NCBI GenBank assembly: GCA_963706025.1
Contig: CAVPLM010000005.1
Coordinates: 320,001-384,000 of the forward strand
Length of the DNA stretch: 64,000 bases
Source: an uncultured Actinomycetes bacterium
GTDB taxonomy: Bacteria > Actinomycetota > Thermoleophilia > RBG-16-64-13
Direction of reading: 5' to 3'
Part shown: piece after piece, positions 1 to 10,486 of the stretch
Layout of the letters: each line of letters opens with the position of its first letter
Numbering within the stretch: the stretch's first letter is position 1
The notes under the pieces: model-generated
Database searches by the model: none
The model's input: only the letters and a program-made list of their open reading frames with translations
What the model was told of the DNA's origin: nothing
Made by a program: the position numbers and the translations under genes

Positions 1-387
1 GCCGTCTCCTATGATCGGAGACTCTCGGGTGCCGATAACGCCCGGGAGATGCAGGTCGCGATGGAGAGCGTCCTGACCGCCGAGGTCACCCAGGCCGTCA
101 GGGACTCGCTGGTCGATGGCGTGCAGATAAGGGCTGAGGACTTCATCGGCCTGGTAGGGGACAGGGTGGTGGTCGCGAGCCGCGACCTCGAGGCTGTCGT
201 GGAAGAGGTGGCCGCTCGGCTCGTTGGCCAGGATCGGGAGATACTCACCCTGTTGGTAGGCGATGACGCGAACGCCCCCAGGGTGACCGCCATGGTCGAT
301 CGGCTTCGCGCCCTCCATCCCACACTGGAGATCGAAGTCCACGAAGGCGGGCAACCGTTCTATCCGGTGCTTCTGTCGGCAGAGTAG
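1..387 (+). CDS. fakA: DAK2/YloV-family fatty acid kinase subunit A, C-terminal part (5' truncated by window)
   Basis: Frame open from base 1. C-terminal motifs EVTQAVRD and HEGGQPFYPVLLSAE. Adjacent to a DegV gene and recG. Confidence 0.85.
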   Translation, partial: AVSYDRRLSGADNAREMQVAMESVLTAEVTQAVRDSLVDGVQIRAEDFIGLVGDRVVVASRDLEAVVEEVAARLVGQDREILTLLVGDDANAPRVTAMVDRLRALHPTLEIEVHEGGQPFYPVLLSAE

Positions 388-429
388 TGAGAGACAGGCG
401 GCGTCGACCTAGAGAGGGGTGAGGACAAA

Positions 430-1287
430 ATGATCCTCGATCGCAGATCCACCGCGATAGTCGTTGATTCCACCTCCGACCTGCCTGATCACCTCGCGAC
501 CGACTCCAACATCTCTATGGTGCCTCTGACCGTGTACTTCGGCGAGGAGGCCTATCTCGATTGGACCGAGCTCAAGCCCACCGAATTCTACGCGAAGCTG
601 AAGGCGGCACCTGAGCTTCCCCGCACCTCACAGCCCTCCGCCGGGGCCTTTCTTGAGCAGTACAAGAAGCTGCGCGAGCAGTACGAGCGCGTCTACTCCA
701 TTCACCTGAGCGGCAAGCTCAGCGGCACGGTCGCCAGTGCCGAGGTGGCCGCGGGTCAGATCGACGGGGTGAAGGTGGTCGATTCCCAGTTGGCCACCGG
801 GGGCATCGCGCTCCTGGTCGATCGCGTACTCGCTCGTGTGGATCAGGGTACCCCGGAGGAGGAGGTCGACGCCTACATCGAGAGGTTCCTGGCCGAGAAG
901 ACCTTCTTCTTCCTGCCCACCACGCTCGACCAGCTTTACAAAGGGGGACGCATCGGCCGGGCCTCGCATCTGGTGGGGACCTTACTCAACATCAAGCCGG
1001 TGCTCAGCATCGACGAGGGCGTCATCGACGTGTACAAGAAGGTGAGGGGGCTCAGGCAGGCCCTGGAGCTCATGCGCGACGGCATGATCGAGCGGACGGC
1101 ACCGGGGGCCAAGATCTTCGTCAGCCTATCCCACGCCGAGAATCCGCCGGTGCTGGAGGAGTTGCGCGCGCTGGTCCTGGGAGTGGCCGATCGCGATATC
1201 GAGATCCGGCTGACCAGTGTGGTCGGTTCCGTCATCGGGACCTACGTCGGCTGGGGCGCGGTCGCCCTCTCTTTCATCCAGGAATGA
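430..1287 (+). CDS. DegV/FakB family fatty acid-binding protein
   Basis: VDSTSDLP, PRTSQPS, SGKLSGT, LYKGGRI and LNIKP motifs. Confidence 0.93.
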   Translation: MILDRRSTAIVVDSTSDLPDHLATDSNISMVPLTVYFGEEAYLDWTELKPTEFYAKLKAAPELPRTSQPSAGAFLEQYKKLREQYERVYSIHLSGKLSGTVASAEVAAGQIDGVKVVDSQLATGGIALLVDRVLARVDQGTPEEEVDAYIERFLAEKTFFFLPTTLDQLYKGGRIGRASHLVGTLLNIKPVLSIDEGVIDVYKKVRGLRQALELMRDGMIERTAPGAKIFVSLSHAENPPVLEELRALVLGVADRDIEIRLTSVVGSVIGTYVGWGAVALSFIQE

Positions 1288-3462
1288 GCAGGGCCGCAAG
1301 GGGTGGGCTTCATTACCCCTTAGGATCTGTCTCCCTGCTCCGGCCTGGTGGTCTGCGGCCGGCCCATGTCTCCAAGGAGAACCTGGACCCGAGGCAGCTC
1401 GAGCACCCGGTCTCCATGCTTCAGGGAGTGGGCAGGGCGACCGAGAGAAAGCTCCGCGGCCTGGGCATAGAGACGGTCCGCGATCTGCTGCTCCATCTGC
1501 CCTTCCGTCACGAGACGCCCTCCCGCATCGCGAGGATATGCGACATGTGCCTGGGCGAAGAAGTGACGCTACGCGTGCAGGTGATCTCCTGTGCCGTCAG
1601 TGAGACGGCCAGGCGCCGGGTGAAAGTGCTCGAGGCGCTCGTGTCCGATGACAGCGGCAGCGTGTTGGCCACCTGGTACAACCAGGCCTATCTGGAACCG
1701 GCCTTCCGGGAGCGGCCGGAAGTGCTGGTGAAGGGAATGCTGCTGCGGCGGCGGGGCAAGTCGACGTTCTTGGTGAAGCGGCACGAGATCTTGGCGGCCG
1801 CCGGCGAGAGCCATCACATCCTTGGTCTGGTTCCGGTCTACCCGAGCACCGCCGACTTGAGCGTGCGGACCATCCGCACGGTTCTGCACCAGGCGGCACC
1901 TTACGCGCGTCATCTCCTCGACCCTCTGCCGGCCGCACTGCGGGCGCAAAGGCGCTATCCCGGCAAGGCGGAGGCGGTGCTGTCTTGCCATTTCCCGTCG
2001 AGTCTGAGGGAGGCTGAGCGCGCGCGCGAGCGGTTGGCTTTCGAGGAATTGCTCCTCCTGCAAGTGGCCGTTCTGCGCCGCCGGATGGCTGAGGACTCGC
2101 TCCGCAAAGCCCGTCCCCTGGCTCCGGCCGCCGGCCTGGCCGATGGTTTCGTGGATGGGTCTGCCCTACGCGCCGACCTCGGCGCAACGGCGGGTCATCT
2201 CCGAGATCGAGACCGACTTGGTACGGGCGGTGCCCATGCGGCGCCTGCTGCACGGAGACGTGGGCTCGGGGAAGACCATGGTGGCGGCGTATTGCCTTCT
2301 GCGGGCGGTCGAAGAGGGTGGACAGGCCGCCCTGATGGCGCCCACCGAGGTCCTCGCCGACCAGCACTACCTCGGCCTGTCGGAGCAGTTGGGCGCTCAT
2401 GGGGTGAACGTGCGGCTTCTGAAAGGCAGTCAGCGTGGGGCCGAGCGTCGGGCGGCTCTCGAAGCCCTGGCTGCGGGAGAGGCGGATGTAGTGGTGGGAA
2501 CGCACGCTCTGATCCAGGACGGTGTCCGCTTCCGCGACCTCAGGGTGGCCGTGGTGGACGAGCAACATCGCTTCGGTGTGCGTCAGCGCGAGGCGATCCT
2601 GGCTCCGGACGAGGGCGGGCTCTGGCCGCACACGCTTCATATGTCGGCCACACCCATTCCCCGTACGTTGAGCCTCACTCTCTACGGCGACCTGGACGTC
2701 AGCGTGCTGGACGAGATGCCACCCGGCCGAAAGCCGGTTCGTACGCGGCTGGTCTTCGGGGGGTCCGAAGCCCAAATGTGGGAGTTTGTCAGGGCTCAGC
2801 TGGCTCAGGGTCGGCAGGCATACGTGGTGTGTCCGCTCATCGAGGAGAGCGAGGCACTGCAGACGGCCTCGGCGCGCCAGACCTACGAGGACCTGCGGGC
2901 AGGGGAGCTGGCCGGCTTCCGACTCAGGCTCCTGCACGGCCAGCTCCCCTCGGCCGAGAAGATGGCCGCCATGGCGGCATACGTCCAGGGCTCGGTCGAC
3001 GTCCTCGTGAGCACGTCCGTGATCGAGGTGGGGGTGGACGTGGCTAACGCCACGGTGATGGTCATCATGGGCGCCCGCCGGTTCGGCCTCTCGCAACTCC
3101 ACCAACTGCGGGGCCGGGTAGGGCGAGGGGCGGAGGACTCGTACTGTTTCTTGTTGGCCGAGGGCGAGGACGAAACGGTTCTGGAGCGGCTCGCTCTGTT
3201 CGCCCGTACCAGCGATGGGTTCGCCCTGGCCGAGGCCGACCTACTCGCCCGGGGAGAAGGGCAGTTGTTCGGGGAGCGACAGTCCGGCCTGGGCGATCTG
3301 GAGGTGGCCTCTCTCGTGAGGGACCGTCGTCTCCTGGAGGAGGCGCGAGAAGTCGCTGCCGCTATGCTTGGGGGAGGCGCCGGGCGCGAAGCCCCGGCGC
3401 CCCTGATCGAGGCCGCGGAGGCCCGATTCGGTAACAAGATCACCTGGGTGGACAGGGTGTGA
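1284..3462 (+). CDS. recG: ATP-dependent DNA helicase RecG (apparent frameshift at G3 run 2157-2159)
   Basis: Wedge/OB N-terminus in ORF 1284. Helicase motifs GDVGSGKT, DEQH, SATPIPRT, QLRGRVGR in ORF 2143-3462. Removing one G joins the frames (VDG-LPYAPT). Confidence 0.93.
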
Positions 3463-4034
3463 CCGGTCCATCCCCGGGCAGAGTGCGGATCGTGGCCGGC
3501 GCCAACCGGGGCCGCTATCTGAAGGTGGCCGCTGCTGCCGGGATCAGACCCACGGGCGAGAAGGTACGCGAGGCCATCTTCGACGTGCTCGGTCCCGTGG
3601 ACGGTCTGGCGGTCCTGGACCTGTTCGCCGGCACGGGCGCCATGGGGTTGGAGGCGCTCTCGCGCGGAGCCGGATCATGCGTCTTCGTAGAAGAGACCCC
3701 GGCTGTGGCCACCGTCTTACGAGCGAATATCACGATGCTCGGCTACCAGTTGGTCTGCCACGTCATGTTGTGCGACTTCCGAGAGGCTCTGCAGCGACTC
3801 GTCGAGCGGAGCTCGGCCTTTGATTTGCTCTTTGTGGACCCTCCCTATAGAATGCTGGCGGAGGTCGAAGTCGCATTGGGACCGTTGTTGCCATCCCTTC
3901 TCGCCGACGACGGGGTGGTGGTCACCGAGGGAGACAGGTCGACACGCGTGACCTTCAGCCGGCCCCCGGTGTTCGACCGTGTCTATGGTGCCACGAGGGT
4001 CACGATGGTCAGGAACAGAGGGAGTATTCGGTGA
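3459..4034 (+). CDS. rsmD: 16S rRNA m2G966 methyltransferase RsmD
   Basis: RPTGEKVREAIF, LDLFAGTGAMGLEALSRGA, DPPY. Confidence 0.92.
   Translation: MTGPSPGRVRIVAGANRGRYLKVAAAAGIRPTGEKVREAIFDVLGPVDGLAVLDLFAGTGAMGLEALSRGAGSCVFVEETPAVATVLRANITMLGYQLVCHVMLCDFREALQRLVERSSAFDLLFVDPPYRMLAEVEVALGPLLPSLLADDGVVVTEGDRSTRVTFSRPPVFDRVYGATRVTMVRNRGSIR
3825..3853 (+). promoter_or_regulatory. Putative sigma-A promoter inside rsmD (for coaD operon)
   Basis: TTGCTC(3825)-N17-TAGAAT(3848), in locally AT-rich codons. Confidence 0.45.
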
Positions 4035-4522
4035 AGACGGCGCTGTGCCCGGGCACCTATGATCCTGTGACTGTCGGACACATCGATACCATCATGCGAT
4101 GTGCGGCTATGTTCGACGAGGTAGTCGTGGCAGTCGTGGATCTCCCGTACCGCAAGTCGATCCTGTTCTCCACCGAAGAGCGGGCTTACTTCCTGGAGGA
4201 GTCCACGAAGTCCCTGCCGAATGTAAGAGTCGCTGTCATGCGTACCCTGGTGGTGGAGTTCGCTCGGGAAGTCGGCGCCAGTGTATTGGTGAAGGGGCTC
4301 AGGGCCCTCACTGATTTCGAGTATGAGTTCCAGATGGCGCAACTCAACCGGAAGCTGGACCCTGAGCTGGAGACGATGTACCTTATGGCCTCACCAGAGT
4401 ATTCGTTCCTCAGCTCGAGTGGGGTCAAGGAGATCGCCAGGTACGGTGGTTGTGTGAGTGATCTGGTGCCCGAGATAGTCGAGCGTCGTTTCACGGAAAT
4501 GTATGGATTCGCGGAGGCATAG
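4031..4522 (+). CDS. coaD: Phosphopantetheine adenylyltransferase
   Basis: PGTYDPVTVGH, KGLR, DFEYE, SSSGVKE. Confidence 0.96.
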   Translation: MKTALCPGTYDPVTVGHIDTIMRCAAMFDEVVVAVVDLPYRKSILFSTEERAYFLEESTKSLPNVRVAVMRTLVVEFAREVGASVLVKGLRALTDFEYEFQMAQLNRKLDPELETMYLMASPEYSFLSSSGVKEIARYGGCVSDLVPEIVERRFTEMYGFAEA

Positions 4523-4525
4523 AGC

Positions 4526-4987
4526 ATGGACGTTCTCGTTCTGATCGACAAACTGGACGATCTTGTCCACGGTGCCAGCACGTTCCCGATGACCGACAAG
4601 GTCATGATCGACCGCGATGAGATCTATGACCTGCTCGATCAGATGAGAGCCACCATACCGGAAGAGATCAAGCAGGCTCGCTGGATCGTCAAGGAACGTC
4701 AGGAGATGCTCCAAGAGGCCAAAGAGGAGTCTGAGCGCATACTGTCCGAAGCTCGCGAAGAGGCGCAGAGGCTGGCAAGCGAACAGGAAGTCGTCAAACG
4801 GGCTCAGCGGCAATCCGAGGACATCATCCGCGAGGCGGAAGCCCGGGAACGCGAGATCAGACTAGGAGCCGAGGATTACGCCGACGAGATCCTCAAGACT
4901 CTGGAGACCAACCTCGACAAGTTCTTGGCCGCCGTGCAAAGAGGCCGGGAACGCCTCCAGACCGGTGGTCCCGGAGAGGGAGCGTAA
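4526..4987 (+). CDS. Coiled-coil protein of the coaD-yceD locus (SepIVA/DivIVA-like)
   Basis: Heptad-rich sequence with PEEIKQARW and GAEDYAD. Conserved position after coaD. Confidence 0.75.
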   Translation: MDVLVLIDKLDDLVHGASTFPMTDKVMIDRDEIYDLLDQMRATIPEEIKQARWIVKERQEMLQEAKEESERILSEAREEAQRLASEQEVVKRAQRQSEDIIREAEAREREIRLGAEDYADEILKTLETNLDKFLAAVQRGRERLQTGGPGEGA

Positions 4988-5031
4988 GCCGGCCTGTAGC
5001 CCTGTCGGTCCTTTCGCCTCTCCCCGGTCAA

Positions 5032-5538
5032 GTGATACTGGACCTGCATGACCTCGCCCTGCGCACGGGCGATCGGTTCGAGAGTTCATTTCCCCTGCAG
5101 ATGGCATCCCTCGTCCTGGGCGGAGCTTCGTACGAGGTGCTCGTGCCGGGGAATGTCACTGTGGTCGTCGAGCGGGTGGTGGGCGGGTTCCTGGTGGAGG
5201 TCGCTCTCCGGGCCCGCGTTTACGGGCCCTGCGCCCGCTGTCTCGAGGAGGCTACTGTCGAGGTCGAAGCGCGGCAGCAGGAGTTCGCACCCACCGCCAA
5301 GGACGGGTGGGAGGAGTCGGATCTGAGTGCCTTTGTGGAGGACCTGGTGGTGGATGTGGATGGTATCGCCAGGGAGGCGCTCGTGCTCGCCCTCCCCGGT
5401 CAAGTGCTGTGCTTGGAATCGTGCCGGGGGCTCTGTCCGCAGTGTGGCCAGGATCTCAACCGGGGCACTTGCGAATGCGGCGGGAAAGAGGCCGAAGAAC
5501 GCTGGAACAAGCTGAGGGATCTGAAGCTCGAGGACTGA
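5032..5538 (+). CDS. yceD: DUF177/YceD ribosome biogenesis protein
   Basis: CARCL and LCxxxCRGLCPQCG motifs. Upstream of rpmF. Confidence 0.9.
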   Translation: MILDLHDLALRTGDRFESSFPLQMASLVLGGASYEVLVPGNVTVVVERVVGGFLVEVALRARVYGPCARCLEEATVEVEARQQEFAPTAKDGWEESDLSAFVEDLVVDVDGIAREALVLALPGQVLCLESCRGLCPQCGQDLNRGTCECGGKEAEERWNKLRDLKLED

Positions 5539-5623
5539 CCGCCGTGTGGGCCGGGCCTTGAAATATCGCGATGGATGAGGTACAAACTGACGGTTTCCCC
5601 GTCGGTGAAGAGAGAGGCAGATA

Positions 5624-5803
5624 ATGGCTGTTCCCAAGAGAAAGACTTCGCGGACTCGCCGAGACTCGCGGCGCGCGACCCATGCCTGTAGCGCCCCGAC
5701 CATCGTCGAGTGCCCTCATTGCCACAGTCCGAAGGCGCCGCACAAGGTATGCCCCAACTGCGGCATGTACAACGGCCGCCAGATCGTCAAGGTAGAGGAG
5801 TGA
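5624..5803 (+). CDS. rpmF: 50S ribosomal protein L32 (Zn-ribbon form), not in ORF track
   Basis: Translated by hand: MAVPKRKTSRTRRDSRRA...CPHC...HKVCPNCGMYNGRQIVKVEE. Confidence 0.96.
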   Translation: MAVPKRKTSRTRRDSRRATHACSAPTIVECPHCHSPKAPHKVCPNCGMYNGRQIVKVEE

Positions 5804-5809
5804 GACCCG

Positions 5810-5830
5810 GGCCTAGACAGCCGCTAGGCC
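5810..5830 (+). terminator. Hairpin after rpmF
   Basis: GGCCTAG-acagccg-CTAGGCC, no U tract. Confidence 0.35.
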
Positions 5831-5855
5831 TCGGCCGGCTGGGAAACGAGGGCCT

Positions 5856-6101
5856 ATGCAGATCATAGTGCAAGAGGGAGAGGCGTCGGTTAGTCTCGTG
5901 GCGACTATCCATGCTCCGGATGAGAATCTCCGCACCACTACGGTCAGCCATGTAGCGGGGCCCGTCAAGGTCTACTATCGGGACTTCGAGGTGGTACGCA
6001 TCGACACGCGCGAAGGTTCGCTCGAGATCATGCCGGCGGCCATTGCGGCCATCAGCTGGATAAGGAAAGATCGCTGCTACCAGCTCAAGAGCGGCGACTA
6101 G
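5856..6101 (+). CDS. Hypothetical protein, 81 aa
   Basis: GAGGG RBS before ATG and plausible codon usage. No recognised motif. Confidence 0.6.
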   Translation: MQIIVQEGEASVSLVATIHAPDENLRTTTVSHVAGPVKVYYRDFEVVRIDTREGSLEIMPAAIAAISWIRKDRCYQLKSGD

Positions 6102-6281
6102 GGCGAAAGCGGGGCCTTAATCCGTGCCTGTTCGCGAGGATCGAGTGAAGACCGCGATTGCGTTTGGAGAAGACCGTAGGTATGTCGAGGACGCTGCCCG
6201 GCGGGCGGCGTTCGCTGTTTTCGGGGCCAGAAACCCGGGATTCAACGATATCGCAATGAAAGCCTGAAGCGAGGAGGAGCC

Positions 6282-8368
6282 ATGGCGTTGGCGGACCCGG
6301 CCAAGATAAGGAACATCGCGGTGGTGGGCCACCGAGGAGCGGGGAAGACTTCTCTCGTAGAGGCGCTGCTGTTCACGGCAGGGGCGAAGAACCGTCTCGG
6401 CGCGGTCATGGAGGGCACGACCACCATGGACCACGAAGAGGATGAGATCAGACGGCAGATGACCATTTCCACCGGACTCGCCCACGTGGACTGGGCGAAC
6501 CACAGGATCAACCTGGTCGACACCCCCGGAGAGGCTTCCTTCATCAATGAGGCCCTGGGCACCCTGTCCGTCGTGGAGGGGGTGCTGATGGTGGTGAACG
6601 CGGTCACCAAGGTGGAGGTACAGACCGAGCGGATCTGGAAACGCGCCGGCGATATGGGTGTGTCCCGAGTGGTCGCCGTCAACATGATGGATCGGGAGCG
6701 CGCTCATTTCGGTGAAGCGTTGGCTGCTCTGCGCAATCGGTTCGGCGACGAGGTTGTGGCGGTCGCACTGCCGATGGGTGAAGAAGCCGGTTTCAAAGGT
6801 GTCATCGACCTGATCACCATGAAGGCCTGCACTTATTCCGACACAGCCGGCAAGGGCGCCGAAGGCCCCATCCCAGCCGAATTGCAGCAGGCTGCCGAAG
6901 ACGCTCGTGAGGTTTTGGTCGACCGGGTGGCTGAGGCGGACGACGCGCTCTTGGAGAAGTACTTGGAGGGGACAGAACTGACAGCCGGTGAGATCGCGGC
7001 CGCCCTCAGAGCGGCCGTGGCGGCCGGCGGCATCTGTCCGGTGACGCCTGTCTCGGCGACCAAGAACATCGGCTCCGACAGGCTCTTGGACCTCATGCTG
7101 TCGGTGCCTTCTCCGGAAGTGAAGGAGGTGCGCAAAGCGCTCAAGGGCGCGAGCGGCACGGAAGAGATCCAGGTGGCTCTCAAGGCGTCGGCTCCCACTT
7201 CTCTCTTCGTGTTCAAGACGATCTACGACCAGTTCTCGGGCCGGGTCAACCTCGTCCGGCTGTTCTCGGGCAAGATCGCCACCGACACGCAGCTGCTCAA
7301 CGACCGGACGAACGAGAAGGAACGCACCGGCAATATCCTCCTCATGCAGGGCAAAGACACCAAGGGGATCGAGGAAGCCGGCGCCGGGGACATCGTCGCG
7401 CTTGCGAAGCTCAAGGACACCGGCACGGGCGATACCCTGTCCGACCCCGGCAACCCGGTGCGCTTCCCCCGCTACGAGTTCCCGCCGCCGGCGATCTCCT
7501 TTGCCATCACTCCCAAGACCCGCGGCGACGAGGAGAAGGTCTCCAACGGTCTCAGGCGCCTGGGCGAAGAAGACCCGGCGATGGAACTGCGCTTCGATCC
7601 TCAGACCAAGGAGATGATCATCTCGGGGACCAGCCAGGTACATGTGGAGGTCATACTCGACAAGCTCAAGCGCCGTTTCGGCGTGGAAGTCGACCTGCAC
7701 CCGCCGCAGGTGCCCTATCGGGAGACCGTCCGCAAGAAAGCGACCGCCCAGGGCCGGCATAAGAAGCAGACCGGGGGCCGGGGACAGTTCGGCGACTGTT
7801 GGATCGAGGTCGAACCGTTGCCGCGGGGCGAGGGTTACCAGTTCGATGATGCCATCTTCGGTGGCTCCATCCCCCGCAACTTCATCCCCGCCGTGGAGAA
7901 GGGCGTCATCGAGGCCATGGAGCACGGCGTCGTGGCGGGCTATCCGGTTGTGGACGTCAAGGTCAAGCTCTACGACGGCTCGTATCACACCGTGGACTCT
8001 TCCGAGCTGGCCTTCAAGTTGGCGGGTACTCTGGCCTGGAACAAGGCGATGAGCGAGGCCATGCCGGTCCTTCTGGAACCGGTCGTGAACGTGGAGGTGA
8101 TCGCTCCCGAGGAGAGCATGGGCGACATCATGGGTGACCTCTCCAGCCGTCGAGGCCGTCCTCAGGGGGCGAGAGCATGGGGGAGATGCATATCATCAGG
8201 GCCCAGGTACCACTGGCGGAGATGCTCACCTATGCGCCTCAGTTGCGTTCCATGACCGCCGGCCGCGGTTCGTTCACGCTCGAGTTCGATCACTACGAAG
8301 AAGTGCCCGTCCACCTGGTGGACAAGATCGTCGCGGAAGCCAAAGCCCGCAAGGCAGGAGAGTCCTAA
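6282..8368 (+). CDS. Elongation factor G paralogue (EF-G2 type); apparent frameshift at G5 run 8165-8169
   Basis: [35 protein letters not shown]. Domain V continues in ORF 8177-8368 ([11 protein letters not shown]). Confidence 0.9.
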
Positions 8369-8369
8369 C

Positions 8370-8534
8370 ATGAAAAAGTGGATCTGCTTGGTGTGTGACT
8401 ACGTCTACGATCCCGCCGCGGGGGATCCTACACAGGATGTTCCGCCGGGCACCCCCTTCGAAGAGCTGCCCGAGGGCTGGATATGCCCAGATTGTGGCGT
8501 GGGAGTGGAAGAGTTCGAGGAGATGGAGGACTGA
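8370..8534 (+). CDS. Rubredoxin (54 aa), not in ORF track
   Basis: [20 protein letters not shown]...[18 protein letters not shown], with two CxxC. AGGAG RBS. Confidence 0.95.
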   Translation: MKKWICLVCDYVYDPAAGDPTQDVPPGTPFEELPEGWICPDCGVGVEEFEEMED

Positions 8535-8670
8535 CCGAGCACCTTAACCACACCGATCGTGGCGAGATAGCCAAGCTGGCGTATCGGGTGTCAAAGCACC
8601 TGTAAGCTCTATCTCCACCTGAAGGTCCGGGCTCAAGGGATTCACCTGCCGTTCCGAAAGAGTGCGCAGG

Positions 8671-8712
8671 AGGGTTGCAATGAATGTTGTATAATTCAAC
8701 ACATGCAACCCT
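8671..8712 (+). promoter_or_regulatory. -10 TATAAT (8690-8695) inside nested inverted repeats; probable RpiR autoregulatory operator
   Basis: AGGGTTGCA-N24-TGCAACCCT enclosing TGAAT-N8-ATTCA and TGTTG-N7-CAACA. Confidence 0.55.
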
Positions 8713-8731
8713 TGGCAGCTTTGGAGGGGAC

Positions 8732-9595
8732 TTGGAGGACGGCAGGCCACGGCGGGTGAGTGATCTTCTCCGAGAGGGTTTCGATGGTTTCTCTCGTGGG
8801 CAGAAGGGCATCGCCCGGTACGTCATCGACCACCTCGAAGAGGTGGGGTATCTGAGCGCCGAGGAGCTGGGGCAGAAAGGCAGCACCTCCAGCTCGACTG
8901 TGGTCCGCTTTGCCCAGTCGTTGGGATTCGCCGGCTATCCCGAGTTCCAGAAGGCAGCTCGAGACGAGCACAGATTGGGGGCCACCGCCCGCCCGGTGGT
9001 CCATGATGACCAGCTCGGGTTCGTCATCGAGGAGGACATCCTCACCCGTTCCCTGAAGACCGACTCCCTGAGCCTCGAGGAGACCATCAGCAAGAACACG
9101 CTGGAGCGCTTCAACCGGGCCGTGCAGGCTCTGAGCGGAGCCGCGCAGGTGCTGGTGGTGGGCCTCCACGAAGCCGCCGCGGTGGCCGAGCACGCTTCGT
9201 ACGTGTTCGAGCTGTTGGGCATTCCCTGCTTGGCGGTGACCGACAGCGCCGAATCCAACGTCGCCCGCCTGAGCCGGTTGACCGAGGGCGATGTGCTCGT
9301 GGCTATCGGCTTCCGCCGAGCTCACTCGGTGACGATCTCCTTCGCTGAGAAAGCAGCCGAACAAGGGGCGACCGTGATCGTGATCACCGACAATTCCCTG
9401 TCGGAGTTGGCGGGGAAGGGCACGCTGACCCTGTATGCAGACATCGACTCCACTTTCTTCGCCCACTCACTGGTGGGCCCCGTCAGCCTGGTAAGCGCCC
9501 TTGCGGCGGCGGTCTATAGCCGGGACCGCGATCTGTATGATTCCCGGGTCAGGATCGTGCGTGACAAGGCGACCGAATCGGGTTGGCTCCGCTGA
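8732..9595 (+). CDS. MurR/RpiR family transcriptional regulator (HTH + SIS)
   Basis: SSSTVVRFAQSLGFAGYPEFQ, VIVITDN. Start moved to TTG 8732 because ATG 8684 overlaps the -10 box. Confidence 0.88.
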   Translation: MEDGRPRRVSDLLREGFDGFSRGQKGIARYVIDHLEEVGYLSAEELGQKGSTSSSTVVRFAQSLGFAGYPEFQKAARDEHRLGATARPVVHDDQLGFVIEEDILTRSLKTDSLSLEETISKNTLERFNRAVQALSGAAQVLVVGLHEAAAVAEHASYVFELLGIPCLAVTDSAESNVARLSRLTEGDVLVAIGFRRAHSVTISFAEKAAEQGATVIVITDNSLSELAGKGTLTLYADIDSTFFAHSLVGPVSLVSALAAAVYSRDRDLYDSRVRIVRDKATESGWLR

Positions 9596-9634
9596 TCGGG
9601 GGCTCCGGTCTGGACGGCCGGTGGCCCGTGCGCG

Positions 9635-9663
9635 TTGAAGGCGTCCGGGGGCTCGGCTAAACT
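9635..9663 (+). promoter_or_regulatory. Putative sigma-A promoter of the yebC-ruv operon
   Basis: TTGAAG-N17-TAAACT. Confidence 0.55.
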
Positions 9664-9717
9664 CTAGTCCAGCGCGAACGGTGCGAGAGGACAGGCGCTC
9701 GAGCGGAGGATCATGAC

Positions 9718-10470
9718 ATGTCGGGGCACTCGAAGTGGGCGGGCATCAAGCACAAGAAAGCGGCGGTCGACGCAAAGCGTGGCCAGCTGTTCGGCAAGCT
9801 GGCACGTGCCATCACCGTGGCGGCTCGCGAGGGCGGGGGTGACCCGGATCACAACGCCACGCTGGCCCAGGCGATCGTCAAGGCCAAAGACGCGAACATG
9901 CCCCACGACAACATCGACCGGGCGATCAAAAAGGGCACGGGCACTGCCTCCGATGCCGAGACCTTCCATCACCTGACGTACGAAGGTTACGGACCCAACG
10001 GGGTGGCCGTCTACATGACGGTCCTCACCGACAACAAGAACCGCACGGCCGCCGACATCCGCTACGTCTTCGATCGGGGCGGAGGCAAGCTGGGCACCGA
10101 TGGTTCCGTGAGTTGGATGTTCGAGCGCAAAGGTGTGATCTTCGTCGACGCCGCCGGGCGCGATGAAGAGGAGGTGATGATGGCGGCGATCGAAGCGGGA
10201 GCCGAGGACGTCCTGAGCGAGGGCGACTCTTTCGAGATCCTGTGTGAACCCGCCGACTTCATGTCCGTGCGGGCCGCTCTGGAGGCAGCCGGCATCCAGT
10301 ACTCGTCCGCCGAGCTCACCATGATCCCCAAGAACACCGTGGCGCTGAGCGAATCGGATGCCCGCAAGACCCTGCGCCTCCTGGACGCCTTGGAAGACAA
10401 CGACGACATCCAAGAGGTCTACGCGAACTTCGATATCCCCGACCACGTGATGGAAACACTGGCAGGGTGA
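9718..10470 (+). CDS. yebC: YebC/PmpR family protein
   Basis: MSGHSKW, YEGYGPNG, TDNKNRT. Confidence 0.96.
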   Translation: MSGHSKWAGIKHKKAAVDAKRGQLFGKLARAITVAAREGGGDPDHNATLAQAIVKAKDANMPHDNIDRAIKKGTGTASDAETFHHLTYEGYGPNGVAVYMTVLTDNKNRTAADIRYVFDRGGGKLGTDGSVSWMFERKGVIFVDAAGRDEEEVMMAAIEAGAEDVLSEGDSFEILCEPADFMSVRAALEAAGIQYSSAELTMIPKNTVALSESDARKTLRLLDALEDNDDIQEVYANFDIPDHVMETLAG

Positions 10471-10486
10471 GCGAGGCCCCGGCCGC

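Noticed and set aside
1284-3462. recG and the other split genes as pseudogenes or programmed frameshifts
   Set aside because: Single indels in short homopolymers, no other decay, no slippery heptamer, and essential alaS is affected
6117-7988. 623-aa antisense ORF, and similar long shadow ORFs (1597-3105, 17452-18981, 38771-39970)
   Set aside because: Antisense to conserved genes, expected from high GC3 codon bias, no motifs
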